A DNA stretch of 64,000 nt, from NCBI GenBank assembly GCA_013373515.1, contig JABXHR010000016.1:20000-83999 (forward strand), written 5' to 3'. This document shows positions 23,138 through 32,958 of the stretch, piece after piece (the stretch's first letter is position 1; every line of letters starts with the position of its first letter). Source of the stretch: Gammaproteobacteria bacterium. GTDB taxonomy: Bacteria > Pseudomonadota > Gammaproteobacteria > JABXHR01. Made by a program: the position numbers and the translations under genes. The notes beneath the pieces were generated by a model. That model was not told the origin of the DNA and did no database searches. It saw only the letters and a program-made list of their open reading frames with translations.

Positions 23138-24463
23138 TCACTCCTGCAAAATTCGCATAAGTGCTTGATAATCCTTCGAAAATCTCTCGTCCGTTTGAAG
23201 TAGTTCGTCAACCTTCTTAACCGCATGCATCACCGTTGTATGGTCACGGTCGCCAAATGCTTTGCCAATGTCATTCAAGCTGCTGTCGGTTAATTGTTTG
23301 GCCAATGCCATCGACATTTGTCTTGGACGCGCGATACGACGTGCACGCGACGCGCTGAGCAATTCTGTCATACTGAGTTTGAAAAATTCACAGGTATTGC
23401 GTTGTATATTGTCTACCGAGATCCTTCGATCCCGAGAGGCAAAAGTCTCGCGCAATGCACGCTTGGCAAGCTCAATAGTGATCGGCTGCTTTTGAAAATC
23501 TGCTTGCGCGATCACGCGGTTTAACGCCCCTTCGAGTTCGCGGACAGTCGAACCTCCGCGATCGGCTATCAATAGTGCGACATCGTCCGGTAACTGGTGC
23601 CCATTTCGTTCAGCCTTGGCATGAATGATTGCCACACAGACTTCAAGTTCCGGGCGTTCAATCTCGGCCACAAGCCCCCAAGCGAAACGAGAGCGCAGGC
23701 GCCCCTCTATACCTGTGACGTCCATTGGAAATTGGTCACAGGTCAGAACGATCTGTTTATTGGTGTCCAACAATGCATTGAACAGGTGAAAGAACTCTTC
23801 CTGGGTTCGATCTTTATTGGCAAAAAACTGAATATCATCGATTAACAGTGCATTCACATTTCTAAACGAGCGCTTGAACTCATCCATCGAGTTGCTGCGC
23901 AACGCAGCGACCATTCTTCGAAAATAATCCTCAGCCGACATACAAACCACATTGGCTTCGTGGTTGGCATCTTTGATTGCATTGCCTACGGCGTGCATCA
24001 AGTGCGTCTTGCCAACACTGTAAGGGCCAAAGATTACCAGAGGGTTGTAACGTACCCCAGGTTCTGATGCGGTTGCCATTGATGCGGCGCGAGCGAATTG
24101 ATTGGATTTCCCCTCGACGAAGGCATCAAAGGTGTAGTTTTTGATTAGCCCCGCCGAGGCAATCATCTGTTTGGGTTTCGCTGAGGTCGGATTTGGCACA
24201 GCTGACGCAGCTTTTTGCGGTCCACCTGTGGAATAAACGACCTTAAACGACTCAAGACCAGAAATTGCACGTGCTAGCTCGGCAATTCGGTCGCCAAACC
24301 GTGCCTGCAATTCTTGTTGCACGAATCGATTCGGTGCATATAGCGTCAAAGCAGTCTCAGAGAGGCTGTGTTGTAATGGATGAATATAGGTACTGACCAG
24401 CCCGGGATCGAATTCCGACTCTAAGCGACGAACACAATTGGCCCACAGCGGGTTGGACGACAC
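23138..24463 (-). CDS. dnaA: Chromosomal replication initiator DnaA
   Basis: AAA+ Walker A GPYSVGKTHL. C-terminal DNA-binding domain. 441 aa. Confidence 0.97.
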   Translation of the reverse strand: MSSNPLWANCVRRLESEFDPGLVSTYIHPLQHSLSETALTLYAPNRFVQQELQARFGDRIAELARAISGLESFKVVYSTGGPQKAASAVPNPTSAKPKQMIASAGLIKNYTFDAFVEGKSNQFARAASMATASEPGVRYNPLVIFGPYSVGKTHLMHAVGNAIKDANHEANVVCMSAEDYFRRMVAALRSNSMDEFKRSFRNVNALLIDDIQFFANKDRTQEEFFHLFNALLDTNKQIVLTCDQFPMDVTGIEGRLRSRFAWGLVAEIERPELEVCVAIIHAKAERNGHQLPDDVALLIADRGGSTVRELEGALNRVIAQADFQKQPITIELAKRALRETFASRDRRISVDNIQRNTCEFFKLSMTELLSASRARRIARPRQMSMALAKQLTDSSLNDIGKAFGDRDHTTVMHAVKKVDELLQTDERFSKDYQALMRILQE

Positions 24464-24603
24464 AGATTCTCCCCATCAAAACCGATCAACGACCCGCTAT
24501 CATACGAAGAATCGGTATAGTTATCCACAATAAAAGGAGTCAGCAGTTGACGTTCTAGGACTTTAATGCTAAATTTTCGCGTTCACTTATTGGAAGACAC
24601 GTT
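24464..24603. promoter_or_regulatory. Divergent dnaA/rpmH promoter region. Single perfect DnaA box at 24521-24529. Putative rpmH sigma70 promoter: -35 TTGACG 24547-24552, -10 TAAATT 24570-24575.
   Basis: TTATCCACA sits 58 nt upstream of the dnaA start. GATC at 24484-24487. TTGACG-N17-TAAATT lies about 30 nt upstream of the rpmH ATG. Confidence 0.45.
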
Positions 24604-24738
24604 ATGAAACGTACATTTCAACCTAGCGTTTTGAAGCGCAAGCGTTCACACGGCTTTCGTGCACGCATGGCAGATCGCCACGGCCGTGCAGTTCTGGCTC
24701 GTCGTCGCGCAAAAGGTCGTAAGCGCCTTTCAGCTTAA
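24604..24738 (+). CDS. rpmH: 50S ribosomal protein L34 (44 aa); not present in the ORF track
   Basis: Manual translation gives [44 protein letters not shown]. Confidence 0.92.
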   Translation: MKRTFQPSVLKRKRSHGFRARMADRHGRAVLARRRAKGRKRLSA

Positions 24739-24746
24739 TTTCAGGC

Positions 24747-25121
24747 GTGCTTGAATTCGTGGGTACGCGGCATTATACGTTTGAGCCTGAAAAACGGCTG
24801 CGTAAGCCCTCCGAATTTAAAATGGCCCTGACCTCAGGGCAGCGTGTACGACATCCTGTCATACATTTCGCACTCGATCACAACACCAATCAGCCACGCT
24901 TGGGACTTACTGTGCCCAAAAAAGTACTGCGACGAGCACATGATCGCAACCGAATCAAACGGTTGATACGGGAAAGCTTTCGCCACCATCAGCATAAACT
25001 GCCGCCAGTGAACATTGTGGCTATGGTACGATTCGGCATCGAAGAGCTCAGCAACCAAGAAATCTCGGAGATATTGGCCCATCAATGGCGACGGATCAAA
25101 CGGCAACACAACGCGCAATGA
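24747..25121 (+). CDS. rnpA: Ribonuclease P protein component
   Basis: RnpA motifs ...[29 protein letters not shown]... GTG start; exact start uncertain. Confidence 0.88.
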   Translation: MLEFVGTRHYTFEPEKRLRKPSEFKMALTSGQRVRHPVIHFALDHNTNQPRLGLTVPKKVLRRAHDRNRIKRLIRESFRHHQHKLPPVNIVAMVRFGIEELSNQEISEILAHQWRRIKRQHNAQ

Positions 25122-25336
25122 TTGGACTGATTAAGGTGTATCGCTACGGCATTTCACCCTTTTTGCCAGCTCGCTGTCGCTACATTCCAAGTTGCAGTGA
25201 ATATGCCCTTGATGCTGTTAAAATTCACGGTGCGATAATCGGCGGCAAATTAGCGGCCAAGCGGCTTTGCAGCTGTCATCCATGGGGTGGGCACGGCTAC
25301 GACCCAGTGCCTCCAAAACAAACAGAAACTAAATAG
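25118..25336 (+). CDS. yidD: Membrane protein insertion efficiency factor YidD
   Basis: [14 protein letters not shown]...[12 protein letters not shown]...[16 protein letters not shown] overlap with rnpA. Confidence 0.88.
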   Translation: MIGLIKVYRYGISPFLPARCRYIPSCSEYALDAVKIHGAIIGGKLAAKRLCSCHPWGGHGYDPVPPKQTETK

Positions 25337-25348
25337 AGAACGGTTTAA

Positions 25349-26938
25349 ATGGAAAACCAACGCGTCTTTTTGTATACCGGCCTAGCCTTTTTGCTTTTCC
25401 TTGTATGGCAACAATGGCAAGTCGATTACGTTTTGCCAAAACCAGAGCCTGAAGCAATCCAAGTCGTCGAACAAGGGGTATCTGTCGATGGAACAGTCGG
25501 TAATACCGCGGCAACTGGCGACACCATCAGCGTATCAACGGACGTAATTTCTGCTGAGATTTCATTGAATGGTGGTGAAATCTCAAAACTCTCACTGGCA
25601 GATTATTCTGTTTCGCTTGAAAAGCAAGATGAGCAATTTGTTCTCTTAGATCGTTCGGCAGATCTATATAACGTTGCACAAAGTGGCCTTCAGGGCACCG
25701 GTGTTGGCTTGCCAGATCACCGCGCGACCTACAGTGCTGAGCAGACTAGCTATACCCTAGACGGCGATCAGCTTGTCGTACCAATGACATGGCAGCAAGA
25801 TGGCGTCACTGTCACCAAATCGCTGACCTTCACCAAAGGCAGTTATCAGGTTGAAGTGAATTACGCCATTGAAAGAGCGCCAGCGGGTTCGGAAGGACGT
25901 TATTACGCGCAGATTCAGCGCACTCAGGGCGAGTCGACCGGTGGGCTTGGTCAAGTCTACAGTTACACTGGCGGTGTTTATAGCTACAGCGAAGAGCGTT
26001 ACAACAAATACGACTTTGGCGACATGGCAGACAGTGACCTAAAGATGGACAACATCAAAGGTGGCTGGGTGGCGATGATTCAGCATTACTTTGCCGCTGC
26101 GGTTATTCCACCGCAAGATGATACTCATCGGTTCTATAGTACTACGGCCAATGAAGGGCGCATTTTTAGCCTCGGCATTCAGAGCGCAAAAGAAGCTGTT
26201 GGTGCTGACGGAACATTAACCCTAAGCCACAAGTATTACATAGGACCCAAAATCCAAGAAAAACTCGATGAAGCGGCGCCATTTTTACGCTTGACGGTTG
26301 ACTTTGGCTGGTTGTCCTTTGTAGCTGAAATATTGTTCTCGGTCTTGAAGTTCTTCCATCAATACGTGGGTAACTGGGGCTGGTCGATTATTTTGCTAAC
26401 ACTGCTAATTAAGCTGATTTTCTTCCCCTTGTCGAAGATGTCTTATACATCAATGGCAAAGATGAAACAGCTGACACCGAAGATCCAAGCCATCCGTGAG
26501 CAGTATTCCGACGATCAGGCAAAAATGGGCCAAGAGACCATGAACCTGTATCGCAAAGAGAAGGTCAATCCACTGGGTGGCTGTATTCCTATCTTGTTGC
26601 AGTTTCCGGTATTTATTGCCCTGTATTGGATGTTGGCCGAGTCGGTTGAGCTTCGCCAAGCGCCGTGGATTGGCTGGATTCAAGATCTTTCTATCAAGGA
26701 CCCTTGGTTCATCTTGCCTGTGATTTACATGGTGACGATGTTTATTCAGCAGCGTCTGAATCCACCGCCTGCAGATCCTATCCAGCAGAAGATTTTCCAG
26801 TGGATGCCAGTGATGTTCGGTGTGTTCTTTATGTTCTTCCCTGCAGGTCTGGTCTTGTACTGGGTGGTCAATAATACACTCACCATTGCACAGCAGTGGA
26901 CCATCATGCGCAACCTCGAGAAAAAAGGGCTGAAGTAG
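25349..26938 (+). CDS. yidC: Membrane protein insertase YidC
   Basis: N-terminal TM helix, large periplasmic domain, then a conserved C-terminal 5-TM core; 529 aa. Confidence 0.97.
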   Translation: MENQRVFLYTGLAFLLFLVWQQWQVDYVLPKPEPEAIQVVEQGVSVDGTVGNTAATGDTISVSTDVISAEISLNGGEISKLSLADYSVSLEKQDEQFVLLDRSADLYNVAQSGLQGTGVGLPDHRATYSAEQTSYTLDGDQLVVPMTWQQDGVTVTKSLTFTKGSYQVEVNYAIERAPAGSEGRYYAQIQRTQGESTGGLGQVYSYTGGVYSYSEERYNKYDFGDMADSDLKMDNIKGGWVAMIQHYFAAAVIPPQDDTHRFYSTTANEGRIFSLGIQSAKEAVGADGTLTLSHKYYIGPKIQEKLDEAAPFLRLTVDFGWLSFVAEILFSVLKFFHQYVGNWGWSIILLTLLIKLIFFPLSKMSYTSMAKMKQLTPKIQAIREQYSDDQAKMGQETMNLYRKEKVNPLGGCIPILLQFPVFIALYWMLAESVELRQAPWIGWIQDLSIKDPWFILPVIYMVTMFIQQRLNPPPADPIQQKIFQWMPVMFGVFFMFFPAGLVLYWVVNNTLTIAQQWTIMRNLEKKGLK

Positions 26939-26941
26939 CCC

Positions 26942-28297
26942 ATGTCTGACACCATCTGTGCCATTTCCACAGCCGCTGGGCAAGGTGGTGTCGGAATCGT
27001 TCGAATCAGCGGACCTCAAGCACTCGAGCTGGGGTCGCTGATCTGCCAAAAAGCTTCCCTCAAACCCAGATTCGCCACTCGGGCACAGTTTGGTATTGGC
27101 ACGCCCATCGACGATGGCATTGCGCTGTACTTTCCGGGTCCAAATTCGTTTACCGGTGAGGACGTTGTTGAGCTGCAAGGTCACGGCAGTCCTATTGCGT
27201 TAAATGCCCTCCTCCAAGCCCTTTGTGAACAGGGCGCGCGATTGGCCGAACCCGGTGAGTTTTCCAAACGAGCTTTTTTGAATGATCAATTAGATCTTGC
27301 TCAAGCCGAGGCGATTTCAGATCTGATCGCGGCCAACAGTGAGCGTGCCGCTCGAAGTGCTGTGCGGGCGCTTCGAGGGGAGTTTTCCACCCGAATTGAA
27401 ACGCTGGCCAAGGCAATGATTGAGCTCAGAGTGTGGGTGGAAGCGGCACTTGATTTTCCAGAAGAAGAAATCGATTTTCTCGCCGATGAAGCGCTCGCGG
27501 CACGGCTTGATCATGTGCGCAGTCTGATGGATGATATCTTGGCAAAAGCGACGCAAGGTGCGCTGTTGCGTAACGGTGCGAAGGTTGTGCTGATGGGTCG
27601 GCCTAACGCCGGTAAGTCGTCATTGCTCAACTACCTTGCCGACGAAGAACTCGCCATCGTGACGGATATTCCAGGAACCACTCGTGATCTGCTGTCGACT
27701 CAAATCAATCTTCACGGGGTTCCCTTACACATTACGGATACTGCGGGCTTGCGAGAGACGACAGATCCTGTCGAGCAGGAGGGCGTGCGCCGCGCACGCA
27801 AAGCCTTGAGCGAAGCAGATTTGGCGATTTTGATCGCGGACATCAATAGTCCAGAACATATGGATGAATTGAGCGAAGAGCTCGGGCGCGACTACCCCCA
27901 AGTCCCTATTCTCAAAGTGTTTAATAAACTCGATCAGCTTGAGACACATGTCAGCAAAAAACAGGATTTGTTTTTGCCTTTGGATCCCTCAGCGTTGCAA
28001 GTGTCAATTAAGCAGGCGATCGGCCTAGAGCAACTGAAGGACCAGCTCGCGCAACTGGTGGGTATCGATCAATCTGAGTCTGATGTTTTTATTGCGCGCA
28101 CCCGACACCTAGACGCATTGCGCCGTGCGCGTCAGCATTTTGATTGGGCAGAAGCGCAATTGTTGCAGTATGCCGCGGGTGAACTAATGGCAGAAGAGCT
28201 GCTGCAAGCGCATCATGCGCTGGGTGAGATTACCGGCAAACTGAGTGCTGACGATCTACTTGGTGAGATCTTCTCCAGTTTCTGTATCGGCAAATAA
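26942..28297 (+). CDS. mnmE: tRNA modification GTPase MnmE (TrmE)
   Basis: G-domain GRPNAGKSSLLN, DIPGTTRD, DTAG. C-terminal ...FCIGK. Confidence 0.97.
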   Translation: MSDTICAISTAAGQGGVGIVRISGPQALELGSLICQKASLKPRFATRAQFGIGTPIDDGIALYFPGPNSFTGEDVVELQGHGSPIALNALLQALCEQGARLAEPGEFSKRAFLNDQLDLAQAEAISDLIAANSERAARSAVRALRGEFSTRIETLAKAMIELRVWVEAALDFPEEEIDFLADEALAARLDHVRSLMDDILAKATQGALLRNGAKVVLMGRPNAGKSSLLNYLADEELAIVTDIPGTTRDLLSTQINLHGVPLHITDTAGLRETTDPVEQEGVRRARKALSEADLAILIADINSPEHMDELSEELGRDYPQVPILKVFNKLDQLETHVSKKQDLFLPLDPSALQVSIKQAIGLEQLKDQLAQLVGIDQSESDVFIARTRHLDALRRARQHFDWAEAQLLQYAAGELMAEELLQAHHALGEITGKLSADDLLGEIFSSFCIGK

Positions 28298-28300
28298 AAT

Positions 28301-28318
28301 AGGGCTCATGCGAGCCCT
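28301..28318. terminator. Hairpin AGGGCTC-ATGC-GAGCCCT between the convergent mnmE and DUF2852 genes
   Basis: Perfect 7-bp stem. A T-rich run follows on the minus strand (better terminator for the DUF2852 gene); weaker U-tract on the plus strand. Confidence 0.45.
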
Positions 28319-28322
28319 TTGG

Positions 28323-28715
28323 TTAGCCGCCTTTGGCCGCAGAGTCCATAAATTCTTCAAACTCCTTTTCTTGCGCACGGCGTTTGGCCTGTGAGCGGAA
28401 CGTTTGGAACGCGGAAGCTCTGGTCTGTATTTCTTCCTCGATCTCGCGAATCCGATCGTATTGAGTGTTTTGGTATTCATTGAATACCTCATTGTCTGTC
28501 GAGGCCGCCTTAAACGCAGACCCTGTATTCTCGCCCGTCCACTCGTGCCATTTTTGCTTGGCGGCCGCAGGTAGGTCTTTAACGTGACGACCAGACCATG
28601 ACCAAAACAAGATGACTAAGCCAATGGGCCAAAAGAAAATTAACCCAAGCACTGTTGCCAAGATGTTGGCTTTGGGCCAGCGGTTACAGTTGTGGTTTTT
28701 GGTTGATTTTTTCAT
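28323..28715 (-). CDS. DUF2852 family membrane protein
   Basis: MKKSTKNHNCNRWPKANILATVLGLIFFWPIGLVILFWSW... Divergent from a TetR gene, which is the usual pairing. Confidence 0.55.
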   Translation of the reverse strand: MKKSTKNHNCNRWPKANILATVLGLIFFWPIGLVILFWSWSGRHVKDLPAAAKQKWHEWTGENTGSAFKAASTDNEVFNEYQNTQYDRIREIEEEIQTRASAFQTFRSQAKRRAQEKEFEEFMDSAAKGG

Positions 28716-28823
28716 TACACATTCCTTTATGTGAACACTGTTCGCATTAATAATGCTACACGTTGTTTGCGTTTTCAAGCAATAATCCCTATAAAGTGAT
28801 CACTGTTTACATTGAATTACCAA

Positions 28824-29444
28824 ATGAAAAAAACCAGTTATCACCACGGTGCGTTGGCAGAGGCACTTTTGAATGCGGTTGACGACATTGCAATGCAGTT
28901 CGGGCTTGAAGCCGTCAGTTTGCGCGCGTGCGCTAAGAAAGTTGGGGTATCGCCCTCATCGGCCTTTCGTCACTATGCCGACAAACGAGCGCTGTTGACG
29001 GCGTTTGCCACGCGCGCCATGTGGCAGCTGATCAATGTAATGTCTGAGGCGCGCACAGCACCTGACCCACTTAAGTCAGTAAGCCTTGCCTATGTCGATT
29101 TTGCGCTCAGTCATCCGTATTACTTTCGCGTGATGTGGCGCGAGGAAGGGATTTACATACAGGATGAGCACTACGTCCAAGCCGCGACAAAATTGAAGCA
29201 ACTTTTCAAGGCGGGCTTTGCGGAAACGTTGCCTGACGACGATCCAGAGCGGTTTAGTTCGATTGAAATTCTAGCGTGGAGCGGCGTTCATGGGGTTGCG
29301 AGCTTATTGACCGAAGGGCATATCGGCAAACAACTTGATAAAGCGCAAAAGCTTGATCTGGCGGCGAGGATGATCGATGCCTTATCAAAGGGGCTCAATG
29401 CATCGCAAATCGCAGTTCATACACAATCATTTCGCCCTGATTAA
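28824..29444 (+). CDS. TetR family transcriptional regulator
   Basis: N-terminal HTH (...GLEAVSLRACAKKVGVSPSSAFRHYADKRALL). An ATG start at 28824 is preferred over the TTG at 28812. Confidence 0.8.
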   Translation: MKKTSYHHGALAEALLNAVDDIAMQFGLEAVSLRACAKKVGVSPSSAFRHYADKRALLTAFATRAMWQLINVMSEARTAPDPLKSVSLAYVDFALSHPYYFRVMWREEGIYIQDEHYVQAATKLKQLFKAGFAETLPDDDPERFSSIEILAWSGVHGVASLLTEGHIGKQLDKAQKLDLAARMIDALSKGLNASQIAVHTQSFRPD

Positions 29445-30753
29445 ATTGTCTCAGGCTTCCACCGTGGCTTTGCGCCACTTCCGACACAATGGTGAGCCCG
29501 AGACCCGATCCAACCACGCCATCGCTGTTAGAACCTCTTGTGAATCGCTCGGTCAGTGTCTGTAGGGGTTGCACGGGATTTATACCGATGTTGCTGACTG
29601 CCACAACAATTTCCTCGCCATCTTGTACGGCTGACACCTCTACTTCACCCTCGGTGGCGGTGTATTTCAATGCATTGTCGACCAAATTGCGCAGCGCTGT
29701 TTCAATTAATACTGGATCGCCACGAAGTGACAAACTAGGTTGGCAGTGCAAGTGGAAATCGATATCTCGAAGTTCTGCTGTAGTCGCAAAGGATTGATAT
29801 AGGCGTCCGATGATGGTGCTGAGATCAATCGGTTTTCGCTTTGCCCGTTCACTACGATAACTCACCATCGCATGGTCCAGCATTTGTCCAGTGACACGGC
29901 TGCTGTGGTCAATTGATTTTTTAATTTTGAGGAGTTCTTGCTGTGTTTCAGACTCCATCGGCTTTGTCATGGCCAAATCCACTTGCATCCGCATGGTGGC
30001 CAGTGGGGTGCGAATATGGTGCGCGGCCTCTGAAATAAATGTTTCGGTCTTGCGTAGCGAGTCACTCAGGCGCTCTAGGAAGTGATTGATCGCGCCAATG
30101 ATGGGCTCTAACTCCTTTGGCACAGGGTGTGTGATTTGACGCAGGTCGCGCGGGCCTCTGCGGCTGACGGCCTCACTAATCCGCCTGAGTGGCTGTAATG
30201 CTTGATTGATGGCCAAAGCACCGAGTAGGGCGGCCAAAATAAAAATACCAACGCTTAAAAGCGCAGTTCTTCGGGCCGCTGCGTCAATGATTTCAGCTTG
30301 TGCGGAGAGCGGTTGTCCAAGATTAATTTCCACAATGGCGTAACCGTCTTCCAGCGCGACGGTTTTTTGCAGTGTGGCGAGGCGAATCGGTGCCGCTTTG
30401 TAGCGGGCAGTTTCGACATGTCCACGCCCACTTTCCAATGTGGTGGCGGTATTGGCGGGCAGATCCGCCACGCCGACCACGACGGTTTGATTGACTGTGA
30501 TGCGATAGAGGAGTCTGTTATCGCTAATTTCGGCCAACATGGACAGGGCAGATGGTGGAATGTCGACCACTGTCCCTGCTTCACTTGAATAGACGCGTTC
30601 GCTAATAATGCGTGCGCTTGAGAGCAACAATTGATCGTGGCTGGCGGTTAGGGTGTTGCGGGCGATATTGCCGCCGAGAATATACATCACCGCTGCCAGC
30701 ACGAAGGCGACCCATGCCAATTGAATCAGCAGACGTCGGCGGATCGATAGCAT
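29395..30753 (-). CDS. tctE: Two-component sensor histidine kinase (TctE-like)
   Basis: Two TM helices, HisKA H-box EAAHHIRTPLATM, HATPase_c (GSGLGLTIV). Sits upstream of tctCBA with a partner response regulator. Confidence 0.75.
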   Translation of the reverse strand: MLSIRRRLLIQLAWVAFVLAAVMYILGGNIARNTLTASHDQLLLSSARIISERVYSSEAGTVVDIPPSALSMLAEISDNRLLYRITVNQTVVVGVADLPANTATTLESGRGHVETARYKAAPIRLATLQKTVALEDGYAIVEINLGQPLSAQAEIIDAAARRTALLSVGIFILAALLGALAINQALQPLRRISEAVSRRGPRDLRQITHPVPKELEPIIGAINHFLERLSDSLRKTETFISEAAHHIRTPLATMRMQVDLAMTKPMESETQQELLKIKKSIDHSSRVTGQMLDHAMVSYRSERAKRKPIDLSTIIGRLYQSFATTAELRDIDFHLHCQPSLSLRGDPVLIETALRNLVDNALKYTATEGEVEVSAVQDGEEIVVAVSNIGINPVQPLQTLTERFTRGSNSDGVVGSGLGLTIVSEVAQSHGGSLRQFNQGEMIVYELRFAMH

Positions 30754-31430
30754 TAACGGGTCACTAAGCGGTATCCGACGCCGCGTTGCGTTTCAATGGT
30801 AACGTCGCTTTGGCCAAGTTTCTTGCGCAGTCTGGCCACATAGACTTCAATGGCGTTATCGCTCGCGTCGTCGTCAAAGCTAAACAATCGATCGTGCAAA
30901 TGCTGCTTGGACAGTGTCCTACCCGGGGCATCAAAAAAAGCCTCCATCAAGCGCCGCTCTCGATTTCGCAAGGAGATGGGCACATCGCCGATCCATAGTG
31001 ATGCGGTCTGTGCATCAAACGACAAATCGCCAAATTGAGCCGCATTTTGCACACGGCCTTGCTTGCGTCGAATGACCGCTCGGCAACGTGCAAGCAGCTC
31101 CTCAAATTCAAAGGGTTTGACCAAATAATCATCGGCACCGCTGTCGAGGCTATCGACACGATCTGACACCGTTGAGCGGGCGGTGAGGATGATAATCGGT
31201 GTTTCTGATTGCGCCGGTTCGCCGGAACGACGCAGTGTTTGGAGTAACGTTTTGCCATCGCCGTCGGGCAGGGTCATGTCGATCAGGGCGACTTGATACT
31301 GAGTACTGGTGATAAAGGTATTCGCTTCGCCTAACGTGGTGGCCCAATCGACAATATGCCCCTCCAGACCAAGCCGTTCGGTGATGGCGTTACCCAGCTC
31401 TACATTGTCTTCGACCAATAAAAACCGCAT
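30753..31430 (-). CDS. tctD: OmpR-family response regulator (TctD-like)
   Basis: Receiver domain (LLVEDN..., ...IDMTLPDGDG, ...LVKPF) plus winged-helix domain (...GVGYRL). Confidence 0.8.
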   Translation of the reverse strand: MRFLLVEDNVELGNAITERLGLEGHIVDWATTLGEANTFITSTQYQVALIDMTLPDGDGKTLLQTLRRSGEPAQSETPIIILTARSTVSDRVDSLDSGADDYLVKPFEFEELLARCRAVIRRKQGRVQNAAQFGDLSFDAQTASLWIGDVPISLRNRERRLMEAFFDAPGRTLSKQHLHDRLFSFDDDASDNAIEVYVARLRKKLGQSDVTIETQRGVGYRLVTR

Positions 31431-31548
31431 TTGTCCGTACTTGTCAGGTTGGTGTCAGAAAACCTTGTTACTAATTGCAGCTGTGACTGTTGCCGCCGCA
31501 ATCATATGACGGTGCATCATAGCTTATTCAAAAAGATGGAGAGTACTA

Positions 31549-32517
31549 ATGAAATTAAAAATGCAACAACTTGTCGCGGGCATTTCACTGTCTGTTGGCT
31601 TGATCGGCACCAGCTTCGCGGCTGAGTGTATTGCCCCTGCGAACCCCGGCGGCGGTTGGGATTTTACCTGCCGCACCATTGGCAAAATCATGTATGACAT
31701 CGGCGCAGTCGCCGATCCAGTCCAAGTCACCAATATGGCCGGTGCAGGCGGTGGCTTGGCCTATACGCATGTAGTCAATGAGCGCAATGACGACGGTGAT
31801 TTGATTGTGGCTGCTTCTTCTGCGACGGCGACACGTCTGGCTCAGAATGCCTATGGTGGTATGACTGCAGATCAAGTCCGCTTTCTCGGTGCGATTGGTG
31901 CAGATCCAGGCGTGATCGTGGTCGCAAAGGATTCACCTCACCAGACGCTTACAGATCTACTCGATGCAATCAAAGCGGATCCTGCGTCAGTCGCCTTCGC
32001 AGGGGGCTCAGCGGCAGGGGGCTTTGATCACCTTAAAGCATTGATGGCGCTCAATCGTGTGGGTTATACCGATATTCGCTCGGTGAAATACATCGGCGTG
32101 GATAGTGGCGCAGATGCCATCACACAGACGATTGGTGGATTTACCCAAGCCATGACCGGTGATATCTCTGAAGCAGTTGGCTTTATCAAGTCTGGCGATG
32201 TACGTGTATTGGCGGTGTTCACCGATGAGCGTCTGCCGGGCGAATTTAGCAATATCCCCACTGCCAAAGAGCAGGGCGTCGATGTTGTGGCGGTAAACTG
32301 GCGTGGTCTGTATGTGCCCAAGGGCATTGATCAAGCAGACTACGATAAATGGTCTGATGCACTTGCAAAAGTTGCTGCCTCACAAGAGTGGGCTGATGCG
32401 ATGACAGCCAACGGTTTGGCGCCGTTCACCAAAGTAGGCGATGACTTCCAAACCTATCTTGATGGGGTGATTGCCGAAGTACAAACCATGTCCAAAGAGC
32501 TTGGAGTGATCCAGTAA
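31549..32517 (+). CDS. tctC: Tripartite tricarboxylate transporter substrate-binding protein TctC (Bug family)
   Basis: Signal peptide followed by TctC/Bug-like sequence. Followed by tctB and tctA. Confidence 0.85.
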   Translation: MKLKMQQLVAGISLSVGLIGTSFAAECIAPANPGGGWDFTCRTIGKIMYDIGAVADPVQVTNMAGAGGGLAYTHVVNERNDDGDLIVAASSATATRLAQNAYGGMTADQVRFLGAIGADPGVIVVAKDSPHQTLTDLLDAIKADPASVAFAGGSAAGGFDHLKALMALNRVGYTDIRSVKYIGVDSGADAITQTIGGFTQAMTGDISEAVGFIKSGDVRVLAVFTDERLPGEFSNIPTAKEQGVDVVAVNWRGLYVPKGIDQADYDKWSDALAKVAASQEWADAMTANGLAPFTKVGDDFQTYLDGVIAEVQTMSKELGVIQ

Positions 32518-32957
32518 TGGCAGATCGGCTTTTTGCCGGTTTGATGCTGGTGGTTGCAGTGGCGTATGCCGCTGTGGCCACCAAAATTCAAACCTCTTTT
32601 CTGGGTGATCCAGTGGGGCCCAAACTGTTTCCGATCGGCATCGCCACGGCAGCGGCCATCGCGTGTTTGTTTATTATATTTAAGCCGACCGCTGATACAA
32701 CTTGGCCCGATTTGCCGACCTTTGCTCGAATTCTAGTCGCCTTAGCGATTTTGATTACCTACACCTACCTACTGAAACCCTTGGGCTTTGTGATCCCCAC
32801 GGCATTGGTCGCCGGTGGTTTGAGCTTTTTGATTGCAGGCCATGTGGTTCGTTCTGCTTTAACTGGGGTGGGCCTCGCGATTGGACTTTATGTTGTCTTT
32901 AGATTTTTACTAGGGCTGAGCTTGCTGGGATTCCCTAAGAGCTGGTTCGGAGTGTAG
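32517..32957 (+). CDS. tctB: Tripartite tricarboxylate transporter small permease TctB
   Basis: 146 aa with 4 TM helices. Start overlaps the tctC stop. Confidence 0.7.
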   Translation: MADRLFAGLMLVVAVAYAAVATKIQTSFLGDPVGPKLFPIGIATAAAIACLFIIFKPTADTTWPDLPTFARILVALAILITYTYLLKPLGFVIPTALVAGGLSFLIAGHVVRSALTGVGLAIGLYVVFRFLLGLSLLGFPKSWFGV

Positions 32958-32958
32958 T

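Noticed and set aside
29395-29444. 50-nt convergent overlap between the TetR gene end and the sensor kinase gene end as a possible annotation error or fusion
   Set aside because: Both C-termini look complete (the TetR ligand domain ends normally and the kinase HATPase domain is intact). Convergent overlaps of this size occur naturally. I could not decide further without homologue alignment.
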